Below the pieces are notes generated by a model. The model saw only the letters and a program-made list of their open reading frames with translations, searched no databases and was not told the origin of the DNA. Positions 27,101-37,441 of a DNA stretch of 64,000 nt are shown one piece after another. Made by a program: the position numbers and the translations under genes. The DNA is taken from the IMG/VR virus record IMGVR_UViG_3300044675_005052, one strand, 5' to 3'. Position 1 is the first letter of the stretch; each line of letters opens with the position of its first letter. Source of the DNA: a virus. Its lineage: Duplodnaviria > Caudoviricetes.

Positions 27101-29183
27101 AGGTGAGTCAGGTAGTGGTTCTCAAGTTGATTGTAGTAAAGACATTAAATCAAATACAAATACAGAAACTTCAAATAATTTGGCTCAAGTATTTTCAACT
27201 GACGCTATGGCGTGTAGAAGGGTTAAAATTAATAGTATTCTTGTTACTCCAACAGTAACAACTACTACGACAACTCAAAAAGTTGAAATTATAACACCTG
27301 ATGTTAGTGGTACAACAATTAACACAGTTAAACCGGTTCAAACTGTTGAAATACAACAAAAATTAAAAGAAGGTATTGGTAAACGAATTATTAGACAATT
27401 ATTAACAGAGTGTGATTATTTTGACGTTATTAAAGAAACTAATCCTATGGTGTATGGTTCTATAGCGGATAAAATTAGATTTTTTAATCCAGCTTTTCAC
27501 TCTATGACACCTGAAGGATTAAATGCCCGATTGACTTTTTTAAATCAATGTGTTAGACCTGGTGAAACCATACCTGTTATTGGTGTTGATGGTAAACCAA
27601 AATATAATGACGCGGTAAATACTGCCTTTGGGGCACCACCGGTTTTAGTATTAAGAGTTGGGGATTTTTATAATGGTAAAATAATTCCAAAAACAATTTC
27701 ATTTTCATATGAGCCATTAATATTAGATATGAATCCTGAAGGTATCGGTATCCAACCAATGATAGCAAATGTTAATTTAAGTTTTGATATGATTGGTGGT
27801 ATGGGATTAGCTAGACCTGTGGAACAACTACAAAATGCGTTATCATTTAATTTCTACGCTAATACTGAAATTTATGATGAAAGAGCGACATGGACTGAAG
27901 ATACTTCAGCTTTGGATGCTAAATTAGTTCAGTCAATATTAGATGCACAACCACCGGTTACAGTTAACAATGTTCAAAATGGTGTGGTTAATGATGGTGG
28001 AAATACGATTGGAGATATCTTAACTAATATTCCTGTAACAAGTGGTCAAACAGGTGAAATTACCTACATGACTATAATGGATAAAATATTAGATTCAACA
28101 CAAGAATATTATACAAACATACTAAATCAAAGTGATAGTATTGTCAAATCTTACAATTATGGTGTTTGGCAGTTAATTACTCAAGATAGATTATATACTT
28201 CCGGAGAAATAAGTTTAAATTCTAGTAGTATATTGGCGCCAATTTATGGGAAACCGGAAGGTGTTGAAACTAAAGTGGATTCATTGTTTAGTACGTTTAT
28301 TTCAGATATAAATGCGGATAATCCAACAAATAAAAATTACATCATATCACGATTAGTTGGTTTTAAATTTACGGATGCAACAATTCAAAGAGTTAAAACA
28401 AATATGAATCAATATATTAACTCATTAAAAGGTGATTATAGTAGTGGTTTATTTACTAAAATTCAAGAAATAGTTGTCTTGGAACAAAACATGGTTCAGA
28501 TAATTAGAAAAATCAATTTAGTTACAACTAAAACTGATGGTAAGATTTTAGATACGGGTGTTCCTCGTGTTTATACTATATCAGGTACAACTGAAGTTAA
28601 TAGTGCTAGTCTTGGGTCTCCATTGGATACGTATGTGGAATTATGTGATGATTATCGTTTAGTTGGTCTTAGATTAGATGAGTTTAATCTTTTAATGGAT
28701 GCTGAAAAAATAATCACAACTGTTACATCACCATATGAAGGTCCGGGTGAATTTGAGCCAAAATCTAAACAATTTGAAACGGCATCAGTTGAAGATAAAA
28801 GACAATTCATGGTAATGGCTCAAATATTTAACGATAAAAATAAATTAACACAATTTATAAACGCTATTATTAGTGGTGAGTTAAAGAATGATAATAAATT
28901 GGTTAGAAAATTTAATAATATTTGTGATGATTTTGCGGATTTAACTAAAAAAGAGTTAGTTGCTGAGCAAAAATTTATTAAAACAATTAGGGATAAAGAA
29001 TCATATTCAAAATTTGTGAACCAACCTGCTTATCCTAAAGGTAAGTTAAGAAAATTTACATATACAACAGTTCCTGACCCTGCAACAGAAGCACAACAAA
29101 AAACGGATATTGCTAATTTATATAAAACGGTTAACGTAAATAATGATAAATTAACTTTTGATGGCAAAATAAAATTTGATTAA
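24174..29183 (+). CDS. Large baseplate / tube-initiator protein (gp48/gp54-like modules) containing an OmpA-C-like domain
   Basis: MWFPPYDLKFSDSSTANWNDTSFLGRPEPIYTY and PVLVLRVGDFYNGKIIPKTISFSYE tube-like modules; GSASA..YNENLSKRRNDSV..GKGE..CRRVKI OmpA-like pattern. Confidence 0.6.
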   Translation: MAESSLSFASTSSFRNSLMVKNLAPYSVQGVYTPPVSQVNYETILSISNVIDSPGELITNGSYSNLLYPLNEYGPDGGYSTQINFNGPPLPVASNQGEYNPNDTVLDLVNEFFIDAAYIQNRYGPPGSFNDLVIITDVENNNKIYQPYWEPPSFAPSSYSPYNILLSPNPIGSNGLLSQDSFIARFGATELNSLLKKRIDAELFQNTLGQINLQSLQDPFEISMMLSGQQPLVYKNWKITVPENPVVAAADFLTRLAGAYWPVSLIPGDYFNDNNENSQTQQTSNALNTVNQLTGGLLGPILNLNRSGSQIFLANTGNGQRSVLFANINYNRYQPSYDKDYGLLFGVAQGLVNLLVPNINPGNGTLVGGYYVGNRTSEPSYITSPPNQIPVNAFGQQDPSPVYGPSEMGILYEGNESALSNFGLGGRSYSDGGGIDGGFVWVSPKYKANAGFRAIPGGGSGTMDEDFQLVSGNITRDESTNIEFKETSILDQTQRLIDSADGVTGEARLKHVGNAMNQISKVFHDGYKEITKGSQVLSYTDNTTGGDAGIEYCRVFTKDNPYYAYNDLQKTDGITTAGRRFTHSVLDNTYNLNIAPLRNPGSTNIIANNVNGTGGYAKKYMFSIENLAWRTSSRPGFTYDELPVCEKGPNGGRVMWFPPYDLKFSDSSTANWNDTSFLGRPEPIYTYKNTSRSGQLSWKIIVDSPSVMNTIVEKQLKGQSKERINSIIDSFFAGCVKYDIYDLALKFNTIPTKDLYTYQEILSNPRLTDEELKNVSASIPRENSVPQGGAGTPADAVVQTANPDTSIDDFKKNYSQLAFYFDNDIPDPKSDGVVSSVPYNITYSAYTAPSNITKYVDTSSGIFNTGSVNRNVKEFFDNIVISNFNKIANNSSNFIVDAYNILKEKKGTISIQMVGSASATASVKYNENLSKRRNDSVIQFLKTYKIGDANLSTFFEDKTLQITLQSGKGEQIVIPQGESGSGSQVDCSKDIKSNTNTETSNNLAQVFSTDAMACRRVKINSILVTPTVTTTTTTQKVEIITPDVSGTTINTVKPVQTVEIQQKLKEGIGKRIIRQLLTECDYFDVIKETNPMVYGSIADKIRFFNPAFHSMTPEGLNARLTFLNQCVRPGETIPVIGVDGKPKYNDAVNTAFGAPPVLVLRVGDFYNGKIIPKTISFSYEPLILDMNPEGIGIQPMIANVNLSFDMIGGMGLARPVEQLQNALSFNFYANTEIYDERATWTEDTSALDAKLVQSILDAQPPVTVNNVQNGVVNDGGNTIGDILTNIPVTSGQTGEITYMTIMDKILDSTQEYYTNILNQSDSIVKSYNYGVWQLITQDRLYTSGEISLNSSSILAPIYGKPEGVETKVDSLFSTFISDINADNPTNKNYIISRLVGFKFTDATIQRVKTNMNQYINSLKGDYSSGLFTKIQEIVVLEQNMVQIIRKINLVTTKTDGKILDTGVPRVYTISGTTEVNSASLGSPLDTYVELCDDYRLVGLRLDEFNLLMDAEKIITTVTSPYEGPGEFEPKSKQFETASVEDKRQFMVMAQIFNDKNKLTQFINAIISGELKNDNKLVRKFNNICDDFADLTKKELVAEQKFIKTIRDKESYSKFVNQPAYPKGKLRKFTYTTVPDPATEAQQKTDIANLYKTVNVNNDKLTFDGKIKFD

Positions 29184-29185
29184 TT

Positions 29186-29512
29186 ATGGGTACTAAAGAT
29201 TATTATAATAGATACAATAATTTTATTGTTAATGGACGACAAACCGTTGTTCCATATATTACTCTGCCAAGTAAATCCACAGATAAAAAATATATTTTCA
29301 AAGTTGCTCAATCTAGATTAGACAAAGTTTCACAACAATATTATGGGACACCTTTTTTTGGTTGGTTAATATTACAAGCAAATCCAATATACGCAGGCCA
29401 AGAATGGAATATCCCTGATGGGGCAATCTTGACAATCCCTTATCCTTTAATAGCATCATTACAGGATTACAACAATGACCTAGAAAATTACTTCTTTTAT
29501 TATGGTAGATAA
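29186..29512 (+). CDS. LysM-like baseplate protein (gp53 / P2 gpX-like)
   Basis: RLDKVSQQYYGTPFFGWLILQANP...IPDGAILTIP. Confidence 0.8.
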   Translation: MGTKDYYNRYNNFIVNGRQTVVPYITLPSKSTDKKYIFKVAQSRLDKVSQQYYGTPFFGWLILQANPIYAGQEWNIPDGAILTIPYPLIASLQDYNNDLENYFFYYGR

Positions 29513-32500
29513 ATCGGAAAATATATTAGTTGAGTTTGATTATAATAACATATCAATCATAGACCCAAATAAAGTCATAGACAGTGACGGAAAAGTACAA
29601 GAAAGATATGTTAAACAAGAAAATTTAGTGATGTATGCTAATTTAGAGTGTAAAGTATTACCACGTACTAAATTAGCACTTGGTGTTGCAAATAACGACC
29701 AAGTACAAACAGTTTCAATTGCCAGTATTAATTTTTTAAAACCGGGTGATAAAACATTTTTAGATAATTCATATACTGATGAAATAACAGGTAAAGATAC
29801 AATCACCGGTAACGGTGTAAATCAACCAAAATTAACATCAGTATCAAATTCAAATAAGAGTAGTGATTATTATATTAAACAAACAATTAACTCGGGCGGT
29901 AAACAAGCATCTGTTGATAATGGGTTATTAGGTATTACGTCAATTAACATTAGACAAGGATTAGATTTTTTACCATCAATTACTATTGACTTAGAAGATG
30001 TTAAAGGTAGAGCTATGTTTGAGGCCGGTGATAATTCACCATACGCGGCATTTTTTAATTTACCTTACCCGATGTTTCAATTAACAATAAAAGGTTTTTA
30101 TGGTAAAGCGGTTAAATTACAATTAATGTTACAAACATTTTCATCAAGATATGATACGTCTAATGGTAATTTTAAAATCAAACTACATTTTTACACATAC
30201 AAATATACATTATTGAGTGAAGTACCTATGGCGGCGTTGACGGCTGTTCCACATATGTACCAATCTAGAGTTAATATACAAACGACTAAAGGTGGAGCAA
30301 CCAACTTTTCAAATGTTCAGAATTCAATAGTTTCAAGAGGATATCAAAAGGTTAGAGAGTTATATAGTGAATATAAATCAAAAGGAATGATACCTGATGA
30401 TTTTCCGGAAATAACCGTTGTTCAAATGAGAGATAGAATTGAAAATTTTATTAAAAATATTTTAACTTCATTCTCACAACAAAATTTAGACCCATTAACA
30501 TATGTTGAGGAATATCAAAGATTATTAGGTAATTTGGATAAAGATGTTTACGCAGGGGCGGGAACGTCTTGGTTTTTCAAATATATGGATACTGAGAATT
30601 ATTTGGTTATGAAAGGGGTTAATGGTCTTACAGAGGGTAGTAAAGTTTATACATTTAAACGTGAAATAGATACTCAAACAAAACGAACCGCAGCATTAAG
30701 TGAACTACAAGGTATTATTAGTAAGGCAAAAGAAAAAATGGATGAGAATCCTGTTTGTGGTGTAAAAGGTAAATACACTATTGACGGTAAAACAAATACT
30801 AGTTCAAGTGTACCATTTGATATTAAAATAGATATTTTCCCAATTGAACCAAAATATGGTGATGTAAATCTTTTAGAAACTTATCGACAAAGAAAAAAAT
30901 TATCAACAACACCAAGTCCTGAGCAACTTAAACAATTTGATAATGAATTAGCGACACAAGGTATTTTTAACTCATTAGTCATTGTAAATAAAAAAGGTTC
31001 GGAAGAAAAAAAATTCCAATTTTATACCTTTGAAGGTAAAGGTCGATTTGAAGATTTAATCAATCAAATGGGTACTAATGTAAAAAAAACTAAAGAAAAT
31101 ATCCAAGAAGAATTAACAGAGGCTTTAACTAATTTATTACAAAAAAAAGATAATGGTATTGGATTTGTTCCAAATATCCGAAATGTTCTTGCAGTTATTT
31201 TTGCAAACGGAGAGGCGTTTTTAAGGTTAATGGATGACGTTCACGTTCAAGCTTGGAATTTAAATGATACACAAATTAAAGCTAGAAGAAATTCGATTTT
31301 AAATCCGGAAACAGCAAATGCGTGTGTTGATAACGTATCATCAGGAGATAATGAAACATTACCTATTTATCCGTGGCCTCAAATGTTGACGGCAACTTCA
31401 GGTAAAGATGGTCGTGAAATGTTTGAATTAACTTATCCGGGAGATAAAAATGTTATAAATCAAACTAAAGCGTATTTAACAGATTTATGGCCAGAAGTAG
31501 AGTTTGTAGAAGAGTTTATTAGAGCGACAACTCAAACGGTAAAACCACCTGCTGACCCTTTAACAACTGAAAATCCATTAACTGATATTCAACGAGTATC
31601 GTTAGACGCTATAGAATTTCCAATTAGTAATGCGGTTTATGATAACAAGGAAGAAATTAAATATTTTTATGAAATATTTGAAAGAATATTTTTAACATCA
31701 AATTATTCAGGTTTATTAAGAAGTAATGGTAACACCCAAGACCAAGATAAAGTAACAGATGTTATTGCTGAGGCGGAAAGTATTAATATTATTCAAAGTT
31801 TATCTAATGATAATCCTTTTATTATTAAAAAATTAAAAGAGTTTGGGGTTAATGCCGGAAATTTTGAGATATTAATGAGACATATATCTAATGATGGTAC
31901 AGGTGAAAGTTGGCAAAATTTTATTAGAGGTATTTTTAATACATCTTACATTAAAAACAAAGTTAATAATTCAAGTTTTGAATTTTTAAGTCAAAACTTA
32001 TTGAATGAAAATAAATCACAACCATTGGTTTCGTTACCTGGTGAAAATAATGTTGTTAATTTTATATCAAATTCAACATCAAGTAATATTTTTAATTTAA
32101 CTGATACATACCCATTTACAAATTTTACTTGGGTTAAAAATGAATTGGCTAATGGTAATTCAATTTCTGATATTAAATCATCATATAATACAGCAAAAGT
32201 ATTAACATATAATACTAATAAGAAAATTATATCTAATTTTTTAGATATTACTAATAATAATGATAGAAGACCATTTACTAATTTCTTATTTAATAATATA
32301 AAATCACCAATTTATTATTTTGACTTAAAATTATTTTATGAAAATAGAAGTTTTGACTCACAATTACCGACAGAAGGTAATTTAAGATATAATGACTATT
32401 CAGGGTTAGTTACGAGTAATCAAACCGTTTCAATGTTTAACACACCATATTTTGTTAATTCAATACAAGAAGGTGTAAAGAATTTTAGAAATGGTGACGA

Positions 32501-35500
32501 ATATCCATTCGTTGCATCGGCATATCTGTTTTTAAATAGTTTACCATTATCTACACTTAGAGAAAAATATAAAACTTATTCGTCAAATTCAGTAACTGAT
32601 TTAGATTATATTTTTGCTACACTTAAGAAATTTGGAGCGGTTCATAAGTTACCATACGCTTGGATATTAAAAATTGGTTCTGTTTGGAGTAGATATAAAA
32701 ATTTTGTTGAAACTGGTAAAGATATTTTAGACACATCATGGTCAGGATTTAGTTATGTTCATAACTATGACCCGGTAACAAATTCACCAACAAGAAACTA
32801 TAATTTGATAATAAATGGGGCTCAAATGGATATTGTGTTAGAAAAAAACACAACATTAGGTGCTGAAACATCTTCATTAATTAATACAGGTTTTTATCCA
32901 TTATTAATTAATGACTTTAATGTTTTTTATCAAGGATTCCAAATATATTCAGGTTATACTGATTCGGACATTCAAAATGGATTTACTTCAGGAGTTACAT
33001 TAAATTATGTGCCTGAAGCAATAATTAATATGCCTGAAGGGTTTGACCCAAATAATCCAAAAAGAGATTTGAGAGTTATTCCTTGGTCAGTTTACATTAC
33101 AACATTAGATAACATTTCGTCATATATTGTACCATCACAAGGTGCGTTAATAAATCAGACAAGTAATGAGTGTATAACTGAAGAAACTAATCAATTGAAA
33201 TATGAAATCACCGGTAATACTGCAATGTATAATGGTTCGGTTAGAATGTTTTGGGTTGCACCTAATTATGGGTATTTTGATATTAATAAAGTTGTTAAGC
33301 CAACACCTATAAAATATTTAAAACAAGTTTTTAACATTACGGGTGATACCAAACAAGAAAATTTCTCAATTAATGGTAAACAAGACCAATATTCCGAAAT
33401 AAGTGAAATGTTTTCAGTTTTTGAAAAAGAAGTTTTAGATAGTTTTGAATCGGAATTTTTAAATTTTTCAAAATCTATATATGATTTTGATGATGAGTTT
33501 ATATCAAATAGTGATACCGAAACAACCAAATCATTTAAAAATTTCCAAATGTTGATGAGAAGTTTAATGAGAATTCCAAAAGTAGGTGGTACTAACATTA
33601 ATACTGAATTAGTTTCTGCGGTACAAGATTCGCAGCTAAGTGTTTTAACAAATATTTTACAATCATTTTTAAGTTACGATGTTGTTTTCAAATATGGTAA
33701 TCCGGCAAACTTTGATAAGAGATTATTTTACACTTTTTCAAATAGATTACTTGCTGACCCATATACATGGAGTAAGTATTCATTTCAAACACCAACACCA
33801 TTACCAACATCAGGTGGAACGGTAACGTTATCACAATCTATAACAAATTATCCTAATGAATGGAAAGCGTTACAAGTATATGTTGGTTTTTCCGAAATAC
33901 CTCAATTACAATATACAAATGATGGTTCATATATAACCGATTTCTTTGTTGATTGTAATATAGATTTTAGTGTGGATAATATTAAAATATTTGCACCAAT
34001 TATTAAAATATACGCAACACAAAAATTAAATGATAGTACTTTGAATTATAATAAATTTGTTACTTTAATGAATGAATACATAACTAGTACAGATAATTTT
34101 CAAAATATCATTATTAATAAATTAATGCCTAAATTACGTAAACAATTACCTGATGTTGGGAGTACACCTGATGCTGCACTTGCAACTGCATTAGAAGGTC
34201 CTCAAACAAAATTAGAATATTGGGAGGCGTTTAAAGCGTTAAACGATAAATGGATTTCAGGTAATGACTTTAAAACTAAAACACTTTTTGAAGATGTTTT
34301 ATTAATGGATAGAGCAAACAGAAACATTGGGGATAAAGTATTAGTTGATGTTAATAAATTAAAATTTAGATTAACAGATATAAACCCTAAAACAAGTATG
34401 TTGACTTTTGTTCAAACAATTTTAGTTGAAAATAATTTTGTTGTTATGAACATACCTTCATACGTTAACTTTTATAATGTACAAGATGCGGTCAAAAATC
34501 CTGTTCCAAAACCGGAAGGGTCTCTTGAATTTGCTAATACAATGTTTGGTACATTTTTAAATGTTGATTATAGAAATTCTTCAGCTAAAATGGTTTGTTT
34601 TTATGCCGGTAAACCAAGTGAGCAACCGGATTTTAAAAATAATGCTAATGTAAGATTTAAAGGTGATTCTTTTGATTTAAGACGTGCTAGTGATAACCCA
34701 TTAATTGAAGACCAAATAGGTAAACAAGATTGGGATAAATCTAATAAAGTTGTTGGTTTTAATGTTGATGTTGGCCCACAAAGTCAATCAATTTTTCATG
34801 GATTTCAAATAGACCAAAGTGCCGGACAAGCAACCGCAGAATCGTTACAACAAACAGATGAGTTAGTTAAACAATCTTCAGGTAAATCATCGGGAACTCA
34901 AAATATTTCATTATATAATTTATATAAAAATAGAAGTTATGCTTGTACTGTGTCAATGATGGGTAACGCTATGATTCAACCAACTATGTATTTTAATTTG
35001 AGACACGTACCAATGTTTAGTGGGGCTTACATGATTCAAGAAGTTAATCATAGTATTGGGCCTGGCACGTTTGAAACAATATTTAAGGGAATCAGACAAT
35101 CTGTGTCAAATTTACCTGAAATAGATAGTTACATACAAACTTTAAAAACTAATTTATTAACTTCAATTATTGAGAAAAATAAACAAGACAAACAAGCGGC
35201 AATTAAAGAAAGTGGTACTAAACAAGATAATGTTATTAGTCAAACTAATAATACTGTTAAAGACGCGGTAGACAAACCAGCAAACAGTTCAACAGATTAC
35301 CCAAGTTGTACACCAATAAGTAATTATGGAAAATATGATAAAGTTGATTCTCCAACAACAACTAAATCTAAATATAAAGACTCTATTAGTACAATTATTA
35401 CTCAAACCGCTGACCAAAAATTAAGGTATTTAGTGTTTGCAACAATTTATTTGGGGTCATCAAATGGAACTGAATTGGAAACAAAAGAAAACAACTATTC

Positions 35501-36392
35501 AGGTGTTGATTTATTACAAAATTGGGGTCAAACAGGTGTTTCTTATTTTAATCCACAATTTTATTGTAATTCAAGTAATGTACCATATGCGATTTTTTCA
35601 GATTTGTCTAAACATGTTGAATTTTTAATTGCGAGATTTAGTGGTAAAATTAGTTTATTACCTGATATAACCGCAAAAGAAATTGTTAAATTTTATACAT
35701 TATATTTCTCGGCAAATCAAAAAAATATTGATGTTTATAACAAATTGGTTCAAGATAATCCTAGTCAATTAAGTCAAATGGAAACTAGTGTTCAAAAATC
35801 TATTGATTTATTTAAAACCGGTAGTGGAAATGTAAGTGGTACTCCACCACCTAATACACCACCAAAAGCCACAACTGATGAAGAAATTTTTGCAAATAGT
35901 AAAAAATTTAGTAAAGCGACTATAGAAAATATTGACATATATAATAGTCAACTTAGGGGTGATTTTGTTATTGATTATGAAGATGAATTATTAACACAAA
36001 ACTATCCTGCTAAATTATATATTGTGGGAGGTATTGATAAAGTAGAAATTGGTAGTTTTACCATAGAACCAGACAAAAATAAAAATATTGGTGCATTTGT
36101 TTCAGTTCCTAACATTAGAGCAATTTTAGAGGAAGCTCGAAATGATAAGGAATATACATTTACTTTGGTTGTAAAAGTTAATGCTTTTCCAAATATTAGT
36201 TATTCATTTCAATATGTTTTCACACCAATAAAATGTCCTGATGAGGATTTTGGAGCTCGTAAAGTGATTGAAGTCAATTTGTGGAAAAAAGTTAAGGATA
36301 ATATTTGTTGTAAATGTTATAGTCAACCATATACAGGTTCTGAAATTATTTGGGATAGTAAACCATGTTCTAGAAACGGAACAACATGTTAA
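29502..36392 (+). CDS. Very large baseplate hub protein (gp27/gpD-like) with additional domains
   Basis: LGITSINI...ITIDLEDVKG at the N-terminus and CTVSMMGNAMIQPTMYF..FSGAYMIQEVNHSI..FETIFKGIR hub signature; follows the LysM gene. Confidence 0.65.
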   Translation: MVDKSENILVEFDYNNISIIDPNKVIDSDGKVQERYVKQENLVMYANLECKVLPRTKLALGVANNDQVQTVSIASINFLKPGDKTFLDNSYTDEITGKDTITGNGVNQPKLTSVSNSNKSSDYYIKQTINSGGKQASVDNGLLGITSINIRQGLDFLPSITIDLEDVKGRAMFEAGDNSPYAAFFNLPYPMFQLTIKGFYGKAVKLQLMLQTFSSRYDTSNGNFKIKLHFYTYKYTLLSEVPMAALTAVPHMYQSRVNIQTTKGGATNFSNVQNSIVSRGYQKVRELYSEYKSKGMIPDDFPEITVVQMRDRIENFIKNILTSFSQQNLDPLTYVEEYQRLLGNLDKDVYAGAGTSWFFKYMDTENYLVMKGVNGLTEGSKVYTFKREIDTQTKRTAALSELQGIISKAKEKMDENPVCGVKGKYTIDGKTNTSSSVPFDIKIDIFPIEPKYGDVNLLETYRQRKKLSTTPSPEQLKQFDNELATQGIFNSLVIVNKKGSEEKKFQFYTFEGKGRFEDLINQMGTNVKKTKENIQEELTEALTNLLQKKDNGIGFVPNIRNVLAVIFANGEAFLRLMDDVHVQAWNLNDTQIKARRNSILNPETANACVDNVSSGDNETLPIYPWPQMLTATSGKDGREMFELTYPGDKNVINQTKAYLTDLWPEVEFVEEFIRATTQTVKPPADPLTTENPLTDIQRVSLDAIEFPISNAVYDNKEEIKYFYEIFERIFLTSNYSGLLRSNGNTQDQDKVTDVIAEAESINIIQSLSNDNPFIIKKLKEFGVNAGNFEILMRHISNDGTGESWQNFIRGIFNTSYIKNKVNNSSFEFLSQNLLNENKSQPLVSLPGENNVVNFISNSTSSNIFNLTDTYPFTNFTWVKNELANGNSISDIKSSYNTAKVLTYNTNKKIISNFLDITNNNDRRPFTNFLFNNIKSPIYYFDLKLFYENRSFDSQLPTEGNLRYNDYSGLVTSNQTVSMFNTPYFVNSIQEGVKNFRNGDEYPFVASAYLFLNSLPLSTLREKYKTYSSNSVTDLDYIFATLKKFGAVHKLPYAWILKIGSVWSRYKNFVETGKDILDTSWSGFSYVHNYDPVTNSPTRNYNLIINGAQMDIVLEKNTTLGAETSSLINTGFYPLLINDFNVFYQGFQIYSGYTDSDIQNGFTSGVTLNYVPEAIINMPEGFDPNNPKRDLRVIPWSVYITTLDNISSYIVPSQGALINQTSNECITEETNQLKYEITGNTAMYNGSVRMFWVAPNYGYFDINKVVKPTPIKYLKQVFNITGDTKQENFSINGKQDQYSEISEMFSVFEKEVLDSFESEFLNFSKSIYDFDDEFISNSDTETTKSFKNFQMLMRSLMRIPKVGGTNINTELVSAVQDSQLSVLTNILQSFLSYDVVFKYGNPANFDKRLFYTFSNRLLADPYTWSKYSFQTPTPLPTSGGTVTLSQSITNYPNEWKALQVYVGFSEIPQLQYTNDGSYITDFFVDCNIDFSVDNIKIFAPIIKIYATQKLNDSTLNYNKFVTLMNEYITSTDNFQNIIINKLMPKLRKQLPDVGSTPDAALATALEGPQTKLEYWEAFKALNDKWISGNDFKTKTLFEDVLLMDRANRNIGDKVLVDVNKLKFRLTDINPKTSMLTFVQTILVENNFVVMNIPSYVNFYNVQDAVKNPVPKPEGSLEFANTMFGTFLNVDYRNSSAKMVCFYAGKPSEQPDFKNNANVRFKGDSFDLRRASDNPLIEDQIGKQDWDKSNKVVGFNVDVGPQSQSIFHGFQIDQSAGQATAESLQQTDELVKQSSGKSSGTQNISLYNLYKNRSYACTVSMMGNAMIQPTMYFNLRHVPMFSGAYMIQEVNHSIGPGTFETIFKGIRQSVSNLPEIDSYIQTLKTNLLTSIIEKNKQDKQAAIKESGTKQDNVISQTNNTVKDAVDKPANSSTDYPSCTPISNYGKYDKVDSPTTTKSKYKDSISTIITQTADQKLRYLVFATIYLGSSNGTELETKENNYSGVDLLQNWGQTGVSYFNPQFYCNSSNVPYAIFSDLSKHVEFLIARFSGKISLLPDITAKEIVKFYTLYFSANQKNIDVYNKLVQDNPSQLSQMETSVQKSIDLFKTGSGNVSGTPPPNTPPKATTDEEIFANSKKFSKATIENIDIYNSQLRGDFVIDYEDELLTQNYPAKLYIVGGIDKVEIGSFTIEPDKNKNIGAFVSVPNIRAILEEARNDKEYTFTLVVKVNAFPNISYSFQYVFTPIKCPDEDFGARKVIEVNLWKKVKDNICCKCYSQPYTGSEIIWDSKPCSRNGTTC

Positions 36393-36416
36393 ATTAAGTT
36401 TTTTCAAAATAAAAGA

Positions 36417-36428
36417 TATTTATAAATA
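36417..36428 (+). promoter_or_regulatory. Putative late promoter motif (palindromic TATTTATAAATA)
   Basis: 7 nt upstream of the 74-aa ORF. Confidence 0.6.
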
Positions 36429-36435
36429 AAAGATT

Positions 36436-36660
36436 ATGGACACAAAATTAATATTAGACAACTATTTAGGTAAAAATACCAGAAGTACCGAAAAAGATTT
36501 GGGGGATGGTTCTAAACAAGTATGTGATTTAGACACTGGAGATTGTTATACTATCAGAATGAAAGATGGTTTAATTGAAAGAGTTGATAACACATTAAAC
36601 AAAAATAAAAAAATTCAAGTTGAAACTTTAACAGGTGTAAAACAACTATTAAACGGTTAA
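36436..36660 (+). CDS. Hypothetical protein
   Basis: 74-aa ORF with TATTTATAAATA directly upstream. Confidence 0.75.
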   Translation: MDTKLILDNYLGKNTRSTEKDLGDGSKQVCDLDTGDCYTIRMKDGLIERVDNTLNKNKKIQVETLTGVKQLLNG

Positions 36661-36664
36661 TAAC

Positions 36665-37345
36665 ATGAAAAAAATAGACAATCAAATTTTAGAGGAAATT
36701 GCTAGATATAATTCTATCAATCAATATATTGTTGAACAAGATGCTACGTTACCTCCTCCACCTGGTGAAGTTGACCCAAACGCAGCTCCGGCTCCTGATG
36801 CAGGATTAGCTCCTGAAACGGCTCCACCGGCAGACCCAAATGCTGCGATTGCCCCACCGGCTCCGGCAGGACCTCAACCGGTTGATGTTGCGACTGACCC
36901 GGATGTGGAAAAAATTGGTGATGATGAAAAATCAGAATCAAAAACGGAAGAAATGGATATTACTGATTTAGTAAAATCACAGAAAAAAGTTGAAGAGAAA
37001 CAAGAAGAGTATTTTAATAACTTATTCCAACATTTAGATAATTTAGAAACTAAATTAGGTGAAATGGATGGTATCATGACTAAATTAAATGATTTAGAAG
37101 CTAAAGTTGAAAAATACAGAGAAAAAACTCCTCAAGAAAAATTAGAATTAAGAACATTAGATTCAGGTCCTTTCAATCAAAAATTAAGTCAATTCTTTGA
37201 TGATAAAGAGGAGGATATGGAAAAAACAGGAAAAAATGAATATGTTTTAACTCAAGACGAAGTTGAAGATTATTCACCAAATGAGATTAAAAAAACCTTC
37301 AGAAATTTTGAAGACGAAGTAAATCCATTTAGACAAGTAAGATAA
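36665..37345 (+). CDS. Hypothetical protein with Pro/Ala-rich linker and coiled coil (possible head/scaffold-associated protein)
   Basis: PPPPGEVDPNAAPAPD tract then heptad-like LDNLETKLGEMDGIMTKLNDLEAKV. Confidence 0.7.
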   Translation: MKKIDNQILEEIARYNSINQYIVEQDATLPPPPGEVDPNAAPAPDAGLAPETAPPADPNAAIAPPAPAGPQPVDVATDPDVEKIGDDEKSESKTEEMDITDLVKSQKKVEEKQEEYFNNLFQHLDNLETKLGEMDGIMTKLNDLEAKVEKYREKTPQEKLELRTLDSGPFNQKLSQFFDDKEEDMEKTGKNEYVLTQDEVEDYSPNEIKKTFRNFEDEVNPFRQVR

Positions 37346-37349
37346 TTTT

Positions 37350-37373
37350 AACGGTCTTCGGACCGTTTTTTTT
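37350..37373 (+). terminator. Intrinsic terminator with cUUCGg tetraloop
   Basis: AACGGTC-TTCG-GACCGTT followed by TTTTTT. Confidence 0.93.
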
Positions 37374-37383
37374 ACAAAACAAT

Positions 37384-37412
37384 TTGACAAACACACGGCT
37401 GACACTTATACT
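37384..37412 (+). promoter_or_regulatory. Sigma70-type promoter of the replication operon
   Basis: TTGACA-N17-TATACT, 30 nt upstream of the SSB start. Confidence 0.8.
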
Positions 37413-37441
37413 TTAATAAACCTTTAAATATTTTAAACACT

